Of a stretch of 25,799 nt of DNA, positions 18,491 through 25,799 are shown one piece after another. Source of the DNA: an uncultured bacterium (lineage in GTDB: Bacteria; Cyanobacteriota; Vampirovibrionia; Gastranaerophilales; Gastranaerophilaceae). How positions within the stretch are numbered: position 1 is the stretch's first letter; every line of letters begins with the position of its first letter. Position numbers and translations under genes: made by a program. Below the pieces are notes generated by a model that saw only the letters and a program-made list of their open reading frames with translations, did not search any database and had not been told where the DNA came from. The stretch spans positions 1-25,799 of the forward strand of contig CACXAK010000001.1 of assembly GCA_902765655.1 (NCBI GenBank), given 5' to 3'.

Positions 18491-18781
18491 ATGAAAAATT
18501 TATTGTATCATTTTACGATGTTATTCAATGCTCTTGGCTTTTTATTCAGTTTATCTTTAGTTTTTTATTTAAATCTTGAAAATATCTTATTTTTACCGAT
18601 TATTGCAATAAGCTGTTTTATTTTTGGAATATCGTTTGCATTGGTATTAGCCGATTTTTTGCAGACAAAACATTCGTTAAAAACAAAAAAAATATCTCAC
18701 TATATTCCGAATAACAGTAAAGTAGTCATTGATTACAAAGACTACTTTACTTCCAAAAAATCTGATTTTATTATCGGGTAA
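18491..18781 (+). CDS. Small hypothetical membrane protein (two predicted TM helices)
   Basis: Hydrophobic stretches FTMLFNALGFLFSLSLVFYL and ILFLPIIAISCFIFGISFALVLA. SD AAGGAG. Confidence 0.75.
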   Translation: MKNLLYHFTMLFNALGFLFSLSLVFYLNLENILFLPIIAISCFIFGISFALVLADFLQTKHSLKTKKISHYIPNNSKVVIDYKDYFTSKKSDFIIG

Positions 18782-18782
18782 T

Positions 18783-18989
18783 TTACTTTTTAGGAACAAA
18801 CTTTAAATCATATCCGAGAATATCTGCAATAATTAACATTTCTTTGTGTGAAATTGTTTCTTTATTCAATTTATTTGACAAATTTTGAACAGAATAATTT
18901 TTATTTAATTTTTTCCCAAGAATAGATGCTAATTCAGTTAATGTAATATCAACGTCAAGTAATACTTTTTTTAATTCATTCATTATCAT
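18783..18989 (-). CDS. Small XRE/Cro-like helix-turn-helix protein
   Basis: ITLTELASILG...SVQNLSNKLNKETI...IIADILGYDLKF pattern. SD AGGA. Confidence 0.72.
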   Translation of the reverse strand: MIMNELKKVLLDVDITLTELASILGKKLNKNYSVQNLSNKLNKETISHKEMLIIADILGYDLKFVPKK

Positions 18990-19140
18990 AGAATATTCCT
19001 CAAAGATATATAAAATTATATTCTATCGTTTAAGTTTAAATAAATTAAACAAAGGTATAATTGAAATTTATACAAAATAATTTATAATTAAATATATTGG
19101 TGTAATATATGTTTATAAAACTTTACTATTGGAGAATATT

Positions 19141-19380
19141 ATGAATGAAGAAAAAAAAATTTTAAAAAGTGAAGATCAAATAAAGAATATATATGAAAAA
19201 ATTACACAGATAGAGAGTTATCTGAATATAATCACTTGTGCAACAGAAAACGATTTTGAAATACCAAATATTGAAGATATAAGAAAAACATTAATAATTG
19301 CATCAAGTTTTATAAATGTATTAGAACAAGATGTAATAGATTATATGGATTATTTGCAAAGCAATAATTTATATGATTAG
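19141..19380 (+). CDS. Hypothetical acidic helical protein (79 aa)
   Basis: A GGAG SD precedes ATG 19141. Divergent from the HTH gene. Confidence 0.6.
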   Translation: MNEEKKILKSEDQIKNIYEKITQIESYLNIITCATENDFEIPNIEDIRKTLIIASSFINVLEQDVIDYMDYLQSNNLYD

Positions 19381-19634
19381 CTTTTTTTGAATAAAGCTGC
19401 AATTTTGTCAAAAACTTTTTTATGCCATGGTTTATCCCAATCAAAAAAAGCTTTCTGAACATCTTTAAGTTTTAAAATTCTTCCCGTTCTCAAATAAACA
19501 TTCCTTGGAGCAAGGTCAGGGTGTTGTTTATAAAATTTTTGACTGTTCACATTCAATTTGGAACGAAACATCTGCGGCTTCGTCTTTGTTTTCCGAATAT
19601 AATTCAGTGTTTGTTGTGATATTTTAAAATTCAT
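19377..19634 (-). CDS. Hypothetical basic protein (85 aa)
   Basis: Its ATG directly abuts the fabD stop codon (TAA-ATG), suggesting translational coupling. Confidence 0.6.
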   Translation of the reverse strand: MNFKISQQTLNYIRKTKTKPQMFRSKLNVNSQKFYKQHPDLAPRNVYLRTGRILKLKDVQKAFFDWDKPWHKKVFDKIAALFKKS

Positions 19635-20579
19635 TTATACGCTTGCCATCTCTGCTTTTAATGCTTGTATGGTTGCTTCTAAAGAGTCTTTATCAAATAC
19701 ATTGTATGTTTTTACTTCAGGATTAATTTTTTTGTTAAGACCCGCAAGCACTTTTCCCGGCCCAAATTCAATGAATGTGTCAACGCCGTTTTTAATCATA
19801 TTTTCAATAGTCTGAGTCCAGTGAACTGATGATGAAATTTGTCTTGGCATTTTGTTTCTGAAATCTTCAGCCGCAATTGTCGCCGCAGCATCAACATTTG
19901 TAACAACCGGAACAGATGCACTTGTGATATCTAAATCTTTTACGTATTCTCCGAATTCAGCACTTGCTTCACTTAAAAATTTAGAGTGAAAAGCTCCGGA
20001 AACAGCCAAAGGAACAAATCTTCTTGCTCCTGCCTGAGTCAAAAGTTCTCCTGCTTTGTCTATCGCTTTATCATCCCCTGTTAATACAACCTGAACAGGA
20101 GAGTTATAGTTTGCGACATCAATGTAACCTTCACTTGATGCATCTTTTAAAGCTTTTTCAATACTGCCTTCGGGAGCATTTAATACAGCTGCCATTTTGC
20201 CTTTGTTAACTTTATTCATTAAAGTTGCACGCTTTTGAATTGCTTTAAGTGTTGTTTCCAAATCCATAACCCCTGAACAAAACATTGCACAGTATTCTCC
20301 CAAACTGTGACCTGCTGTAAAATTTGGGGATAAATTCATTTCAGAATTAAAAGCTTCTAAGGCCGCAATAGACATAGTAACTATTGCCGGCTGAGTGTTT
20401 ATTGTTTGCTTTAAATCTTCTTCCGGTCCTTCAAAACATATTTTAGTAACTTTTTTGCCTAAAACTTCATCTGCGGTATCAAAAACTTTTTTTGCCGCAG
20501 CAAAATTTTCATATAAATCTTTTCCCATACCAACTACCTGAGCTCCTTGCCCCGGAAAAATAAAAGCCAATTTATTCAT
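19635..20579 (-). CDS. fabD: Malonyl-CoA:ACP transacylase
   Basis: AFIFPGQGAQ, TINTQPAI, catalytic GHSLGEY, ANYNSP, LAVSGAFHS and EFGPGKVLAGL. Start reassigned to ATG 20579 with a GAGGG SD. Confidence 0.96.
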   Translation of the reverse strand: MNKLAFIFPGQGAQVVGMGKDLYENFAAAKKVFDTADEVLGKKVTKICFEGPEEDLKQTINTQPAIVTMSIAALEAFNSEMNLSPNFTAGHSLGEYCAMFCSGVMDLETTLKAIQKRATLMNKVNKGKMAAVLNAPEGSIEKALKDASSEGYIDVANYNSPVQVVLTGDDKAIDKAGELLTQAGARRFVPLAVSGAFHSKFLSEASAEFGEYVKDLDITSASVPVVTNVDAAATIAAEDFRNKMPRQISSSVHWTQTIENMIKNGVDTFIEFGPGKVLAGLNKKINPEVKTYNVFDKDSLEATIQALKAEMASV

Positions 20580-20725
20580 AATAATATCCCTCTTAAATTT
20601 ATGTTCTTTCAATAGTTCAATTATACAACAAAAATATATGTTAGTATTAAATGTAATATTGTTAATACAATTGTTTATTTTTATTTATGTTTATTATATA
20701 ATTTACTCAATAAGGAGTAGGGTAT

Positions 20726-21865
20726 ATGAAATTTATTATAGGTAAAGAAGATTTATTAAACGGTATAAGAATTGTTGAAAGAGCAACATCACAAAAAGCT
20801 GTTCAGCCGGTTTTGTACAATATATTGATTGAAACACTGGAAAATAACAAGATTCGTTTAAGTGCAACGGATTTGGTTTTTACAGTAATAACAATATTGG
20901 ATGCGCAAATTCAGGAGCAGGGTAAAATCACTCTTCCTGCAAAAAAATTAAACGAAATTGTTTCAAAACTCGGTAATGATTTGGTGACTTTTGAATCAGA
21001 AAAAGCATTTCAGGGTGAAACAGAAAGCCCGAATGTTTCAATAACCTGTCAAAAATCAAAATTTGATATTATAGGAATCAGTGCAAACGAATTTCCTGCA
21101 GATATTTTCAATTACACAATTGATGAATCAAAATGTTTTGATGTTGAACTAAAACCGTTTTTAAAAGGAATCCATCAGGCCGGTTTTGCAGCTGCAAGCT
21201 ATGAAGTATCAAACCTTTTATCAGGTATAGTTTGTGATTTTAACAACGGGATATTAGAAATCGCTTCAACTGACGGTAACAGACTTGCAAGGGTCAGAGA
21301 AAAATTATCAAATGATATTACGGAACAAACTCAACTCATTATTCCGTCAAGAACATTGAACGAACTTTTGAAAATGAGTTCGTTTATCGAAGAAGATTCA
21401 ATAAAAATATGCAAAGATAAATCAACAATTATCTTTAAGTCAGAAAAAATTACTGCAATATCAAGATTATTGGAAGGTCAATTCCCGAGATATAATCAGT
21501 TGATTCCGTCAGAAAGTCCTAAAAAAGCAATAGTTAATGTATCGCAACTGATTGCGGCTTTGGAAAGAGTTTCTGTAATGGTAAATGACAAAACAAGTAT
21601 TGTAAAAATGCATTTTGCAGAAAATGAACTGACATTGAGTGCAGATACTCCTGATGCCGGTAAATCTGAGGACAAAATCGATATTGAATATGATGCGGAA
21701 GAACTTTTAATTGCGTTTAATTACAGATTTGTTCTTGATGCTTTAAGAATTATTGAAAGTGATAATGTAATAATTGGTTTGAATGCTCCGCTCAGTGCTA
21801 CCGTATTAAAACCGCAAAGTGAAGATGACTTTATTTGTTTAATTATGCCTGTTCAAATCAGATAA
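20726..21865 (+). CDS. dnaN: DNA polymerase III beta sliding clamp
   Basis: LSATDL, STDGNRL, LLEGQFPRYNQLIP, IAFNYRFVLDAL and LIMPV. SD AAGGAG. Confidence 0.96.
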   Translation: MKFIIGKEDLLNGIRIVERATSQKAVQPVLYNILIETLENNKIRLSATDLVFTVITILDAQIQEQGKITLPAKKLNEIVSKLGNDLVTFESEKAFQGETESPNVSITCQKSKFDIIGISANEFPADIFNYTIDESKCFDVELKPFLKGIHQAGFAAASYEVSNLLSGIVCDFNNGILEIASTDGNRLARVREKLSNDITEQTQLIIPSRTLNELLKMSSFIEEDSIKICKDKSTIIFKSEKITAISRLLEGQFPRYNQLIPSESPKKAIVNVSQLIAALERVSVMVNDKTSIVKMHFAENELTLSADTPDAGKSEDKIDIEYDAEELLIAFNYRFVLDALRIIESDNVIIGLNAPLSATVLKPQSEDDFICLIMPVQIR

Positions 21866-21879
21866 TATCAGGAATTGTT

Positions 21880-22335
21880 ATGAAAGAAATTAAGTTAAAT
21901 CATTATGTTGATACTATAATTTACTCTGTCGATATGATTATTAAAAATTTAAAGGCAGAATTAAAACATCGAATCGATAAACTTGGCTTGGGAATAACTG
22001 GTGAACAATTTGTTGTTTTGGATACAGTTTCATATTATGAAAATATGTATCCCCAAAAACTGTCTGATATTTTGATGAAAGACAAATCCAATACAAACAG
22101 AATGATAAAAGTTCTTGTTGATAAAGGGTTACTAACAAAAGAAGTAGGAAAAAACAACAACAGACTTGTTTATATTTTAAAAGTTACTGATAAAGGTCAA
22201 AAACTTGTTGATGAAAATATGCCCAAAATAAAAAAATATATAACAGAAATTTTCAAAAATATATCCGATGATGAAATAGAACTTTTACATTCAATGAGTG
22301 ATAAGTTTACAAAAGCATTAGCAAAAAATTTATAA
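21880..22335 (+). CDS. MarR-family transcriptional regulator
   Basis: LGITGEQFVVL, DKSNTNRMIKVLVDKGLL and VTDKG. ATG 21880 is preferred because it has an AGGA SD and avoids overlap with dnaN. Confidence 0.88.
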   Translation: MKEIKLNHYVDTIIYSVDMIIKNLKAELKHRIDKLGLGITGEQFVVLDTVSYYENMYPQKLSDILMKDKSNTNRMIKVLVDKGLLTKEVGKNNNRLVYILKVTDKGQKLVDENMPKIKKYITEIFKNISDDEIELLHSMSDKFTKALAKNL

Positions 22336-22362
22336 TTTTAAACATAAAAAAATATTTTAAAT

Positions 22363-22404
22363 TATTGCATAAATTGACAACATCTGCAAAATATGCAATA
22401 TTAT
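22363..22404 (+). promoter_or_regulatory. Putative promoter of the STAS-PP2C operon with a 9-bp inverted repeat
   Basis: TTGACA at 22374-22379 flanked by TATTGCATA (22363-22371) and TATGCAATA (22392-22400). AT-rich -10-like AATATT/TATTAT follows. Confidence 0.5.
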
Positions 22405-22444
22405 AAATGTAAATTTGAAATATATTTATGAAAGAGGGCTTATT

Positions 22445-22759
22445 TTGGAAATCAGTTGCAAAAATTTTGGAATAGATGGATTGTATGTAAAAGCAGCCGG
22501 TAGATTAGATTTGGATTCGGCAGTTGAATATGGTGTAAAAATTAAGGATACAATGGAAGATTCAAATGAGGAGATAAAAGAATTGATTCTTGATTTTTCA
22601 GAAATTACATTTATTTCAAGTTTTGGGTTAAAAGTTGTTTTGGAATTATACAAGGAAATGCAGGCAAAGCAGGGATCTTTAAAATTGAAAGACATTCCTG
22701 AACAATTAAAAAATTCTTTTAAAATGGTCGGATTTGATAAATTTTTAGATATTGGCTAA
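22445..22759 (+). CDS. STAS-domain anti-sigma-factor antagonist
   Basis: GRLDLDS, LILDFSEITFISSFGLKVVL (phospho-acceptor Ser region) and FKMVGF. Likely TTG start at 22445 with an AGAGGG SD. Confidence 0.88.
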   Translation: MEISCKNFGIDGLYVKAAGRLDLDSAVEYGVKIKDTMEDSNEEIKELILDFSEITFISSFGLKVVLELYKEMQAKQGSLKLKDIPEQLKNSFKMVGFDKFLDIG

Positions 22760-25095
22760 TGTTTAAGACTTTAAAAGCAAAAATTATTTTTACTTCTATT
22801 ATAATGCTGACATTGTTGTTGTCCGTATTTATATTTTTTGCTATTCAATCCAGGATGTTTACTAAACAACTTATGGTGCAAAATTACAGATTTTCTATAG
22901 ATGCATTATTTGTTGATGACATCAATGACAGTATAATGACATTAGAAGATAATCTTAAAAGTTTGGCATTAATCGGAGGATTGCACTACAGAACCAGCCG
23001 TAGTGATGAACTTACTGATGAAGTTGTTATCAGAATTTTTCGTAATTATCCCAACACTTTAGGTGGGGGGATTTGGTTTATACCATATATTTTCGACAAA
23101 TCAAAAAAATATAATTGTTTTTATGCATATCGTAATAAAAATAATAAAGTTGTAATTGATAAAAATTTTGCAAGTGTCGAATATGATTATCCAAATCAAG
23201 GGTGGTATAAGGAAATAATTTCCAGAGTTACCCCAAAACGTAATATTGTATGGTCAAAACCTTATTTTGAAAATCAGGGAAGTAATACAATGATGGTTAC
23301 TGCCGGAACAGGTATATATGTTCATGGAAAACTTGTCGGTATTGCCACTGTTGATTGGGAAATGAGTTCTGTTATTAAAAATATTTCAAAAATGAAACCT
23401 CATGAAATGATGTTTTCTATGTATAAAAGAGGTAAAAAAATAGAAAACAGTTTCGTTTTACTGGGAAATGCAGATGATGATTATATAATTGCTACAAATG
23501 ATCCGTATCTTGACGGTGATTCTCTTGTAGGCCATTCTTTGAAGAAAATTCCTTGGTATTCCCCTGATTTATACGGAAAAACTTATATTACATATCATGG
23601 TAAAAAATATATTCCGTTTTTCAGCAAATTACATAACGGAATGGTTTTAGTTATATGCCTGCCAAAACGGGAAATGTTCAGAAATGTAGATATGTTTTAT
23701 TTCCCTTTTACAGCGCTAATACTTTTATTTATTTTTATGATTCTTGCGCTTGTTTATTTTGGAATGAATCGCTATATAATTAATCCTATTGATAAGTTAA
23801 TAGATATTGCTCATAAAATAAGTCATGGCGAAGATATAAATATTAAGATAAGCAAACCTGCTGAATTTGTACAACTTGCTTCGACTTTTGATACAATGAC
23901 AAAGGATATCAAAGCAATTACAAAAGAAAGAGAACATATAAATTCAGAACTGAATATTGCAAAATCTATTCAGGCATCAAGTTTACCGAGTGTATTCCCG
24001 CCGTTTCCCGACAGGGATGAATTTGATATTTATGCTTTGATGGAACCGGCAAAAGAAGTCGGCGGTGATTTTTATGATTTCTATTTTATTGATGATACTC
24101 ACTTTATGTTTTTAATTGCGGATGTTTCCGGAAAAGGAGTTCCGGCGGCACTGTTTATGATGACGGTTAAAACGCTTATAAACAACCTTTCACAGATTGG
24201 ATATGAACCGGCAGATTTGATAAAACTTATAAACAAAAAGATTTGTGAAACCAATAAACAGGGACTTTTTGTTACAATGTTTTCCGGCATAATAAATGTT
24301 GAAACAGGAGATCTTACTTATGTAAATTGCGGTCACAATCCGCCTCTTATCAAGACAAATTCAAATGAGTATAAATACCTTGAATGCGAAAGTAACATAG
24401 TGCTTGGCGCTTTTGAAGATTTTGATTTTAAAATTTATAAAACAAAATTTGACATAGGCGATACAATACTTTTATACACAGACGGGGTAACAGAAGCAAC
24501 AAACCATAATGATCAAATGTACGGAGAAGACAGATTACTCGAAAAAGTTAATAAATTTCATAATGATTTTGTAGATGCAATGGCTCTTGATATAAAAAAT
24601 GATGTCTTAAAATATACTGAAAAAATAGAACGCAGTGATGATTTGACGTTATTAATTTTCAAATACAAAAACAAACATAATTCAACATGCAAAACTATAT
24701 ACAAGGCACCTGCATCTAAAGATAATTACAAACAATTTTATCAATGGTTACATAAAATTTGTGAAAATTGGAAAATTTCAGATGAATTAACTAACAAGCT
24801 TGATATGTGCGGAGAAGAAATATATGCAAATATTGCCTTTTATGCATATCCGCAAGCTCAAGGCGATATTCGTGTTTCAGTTAAAAAAGAAGATAATCGT
24901 ATAATACTAAAATTTGAAGATGACGGAATTCAATATAATCCGCTTAAAAAACCGGATCCTGATATTGATTTGCCTCCTGAGCAAAGACCATTGGGCGGCT
25001 TGGGAATTTTTATGGTAAAAGAAATGGCTGATGATGTTCAATATGAATATTCAAACAACCGTAATATTTTAACTTTAACATTTAATATTGTTTAG
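22759..25095 (+). CDS. Membrane sensor: Cache-like domain, HAMP, SpoIIE/PP2C phosphatase and C-terminal RsbW-like HATPase_c
   Basis: Two TM helices, WYKE and WSKPYF Cache motifs, HAMP (NPIDKL...EFVQLASTFDTM), PP2C motifs (VGGDFYD, IADVSGKG, LYTDGVTEA, DDLT), and kinase boxes (EEIYANI, EDDG, GGLGIFMV). Start overlaps the STAS stop codon. Confidence 0.9.
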   Translation: MFKTLKAKIIFTSIIMLTLLLSVFIFFAIQSRMFTKQLMVQNYRFSIDALFVDDINDSIMTLEDNLKSLALIGGLHYRTSRSDELTDEVVIRIFRNYPNTLGGGIWFIPYIFDKSKKYNCFYAYRNKNNKVVIDKNFASVEYDYPNQGWYKEIISRVTPKRNIVWSKPYFENQGSNTMMVTAGTGIYVHGKLVGIATVDWEMSSVIKNISKMKPHEMMFSMYKRGKKIENSFVLLGNADDDYIIATNDPYLDGDSLVGHSLKKIPWYSPDLYGKTYITYHGKKYIPFFSKLHNGMVLVICLPKREMFRNVDMFYFPFTALILLFIFMILALVYFGMNRYIINPIDKLIDIAHKISHGEDINIKISKPAEFVQLASTFDTMTKDIKAITKEREHINSELNIAKSIQASSLPSVFPPFPDRDEFDIYALMEPAKEVGGDFYDFYFIDDTHFMFLIADVSGKGVPAALFMMTVKTLINNLSQIGYEPADLIKLINKKICETNKQGLFVTMFSGIINVETGDLTYVNCGHNPPLIKTNSNEYKYLECESNIVLGAFEDFDFKIYKTKFDIGDTILLYTDGVTEATNHNDQMYGEDRLLEKVNKFHNDFVDAMALDIKNDVLKYTEKIERSDDLTLLIFKYKNKHNSTCKTIYKAPASKDNYKQFYQWLHKICENWKISDELTNKLDMCGEEIYANIAFYAYPQAQGDIRVSVKKEDNRIILKFEDDGIQYNPLKKPDPDIDLPPEQRPLGGLGIFMVKEMADDVQYEYSNNRNILTLTFNIV

Positions 25096-25198
25096 CCTTA
25101 TAAATATGTCTGCATTGCTATATTTTATTACATTTACTCAAAAATTTTTTATAGTACAATTGTTGTTGTAAAGTATTACAAAAAGAAAGGAAAATAAT

Positions 25199-25799
25199 AT
25201 GACAAAACTTTCACCACTTCAAATTGAAAGATTAAAATACCAGCCAAAACTTCCTTCAAGTTTGAAAAATGGTATTAATTCATTGGAAATGATTGAAGGC
25301 AATGCGACTCAATCTGTTGCAGATCAACAGGATATTCAAAACCTGTTTCCTAATACATACGGAAAACCAACCGTTACATTTAAATCAATTTCTGAGAAAA
25401 AATCAACACCTGCAAGAAATGTCGGTGTAATTTTATCAGGCGGACAAGCTCCGGGGGGGCATAATGTTATCGCAGGTCTTTATGATGCGTTAAAAAATGC
25501 TAATCCTGAAAGCAAATTGTACGGCTTTTTAGGCGGTCCTTCAGGTATCATTGACGGAAAATATGTTGAATTTGATGATGAATTTATTAACGCTTACAGA
25601 AACACAGGCGGATTCGATATTATCGGTTCAGGCAGAACAAAATTGGAAACAGAAGATCAATTCCAGGAATCATTTAATGTTTGCCAAAAACTTGGTATCA
25701 GCGCTGTTGTAATCATCGGCGGTGATGATTCAAATACAAACGCAGCACTTTTGGCTGAATGGTTTGTTAAAAATAAAACAGGTATTCAGGTTATCGGAT
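25199..25799 (+). CDS. pfp: Pyrophosphate-dependent phosphofructokinase (long type), 3'-truncated by the window edge and absent from the ORF track
   Basis: My translation from ATG 25199 gives MTKLSPLQIERLKYQPKLP..., VGVILSGGQAPGGHNVIAG, YRNTGGFDIIGSGRTK and IIGGDDSNTNA. SD AAAGGA. Confidence 0.93.
   Translation, partial: MTKLSPLQIERLKYQPKLPSSLKNGINSLEMIEGNATQSVADQQDIQNLFPNTYGKPTVTFKSISEKKSTPARNVGVILSGGQAPGGHNVIAGLYDALKNANPESKLYGFLGGPSGIIDGKYVEFDDEFINAYRNTGGFDIIGSGRTKLETEDQFQESFNVCQKLGISAVVIIGGDDSNTNAALLAEWFVKNKTGIQVIG

Noticed and set aside
17435-19634. Prophage or defence island
   Set aside because: No integrase, att repeats, structural phage genes or recognisable defence effectors; only regulators and small orphans.
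20580-20725. Possible oriC upstream of dnaN, as in some cyanobacteria
   Set aside because: The spacer is AT-rich but has no TT(A/T)TNCACA DnaA-box cluster; there is only one imperfect TTATACAAC, and dnaA is not adjacent.
2075-24290. Remaining short alternative-frame or antisense ORFs within HD-GYP, fabF, pheT, gloA, WYL, fabD, MarR, STAS and PP2C
   Set aside because: They are fully nested in confidently identified genes and show no independent coding signal.

Overview
AT-rich bacterial chromosomal window. The cyanobacterial-type ACP, PheT standing without pheS, DnaN, and a fermentative-type PPi-dependent PFK suggest a non-photosynthetic cyanobacterial relative (Vampirovibrionia/Melainabacteria, probably Gastranaerophilales); this is inference from protein style, not a database result. 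The backbone is housekeeping: partial ilvE, fabF, acpP, pheT, gloA, Na/Pi cotransporter, acyl-ACP thioesterase, fabD, dnaN and partial pfp. Signalling and regulatory genes are interspersed: a twice-frameshifted GAF-like/GGDEF/HD-GYP gene, a WYL regulator, a small HTH protein, MarR, and STAS plus a Cache-HAMP-PP2C-HATPase. The best candidate for an undescribed system is 5251-8866. It encodes a 923-aa protein with a Gly/Ala-rich membrane-insertion-like region and a C-terminal CX5R phosphatase domain, followed by a stand-alone paralogous CX5R phosphatase. Several orphan ORFs share a non-Sec 'M-x-I-(S/N)-x-I...(S/T)FG'-like N-terminus that may be an export signal. An 8-bp-period intergenic tandem repeat family occurs three times. 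I saw no rRNA, tRNA, CRISPR array, integrase or transposase.
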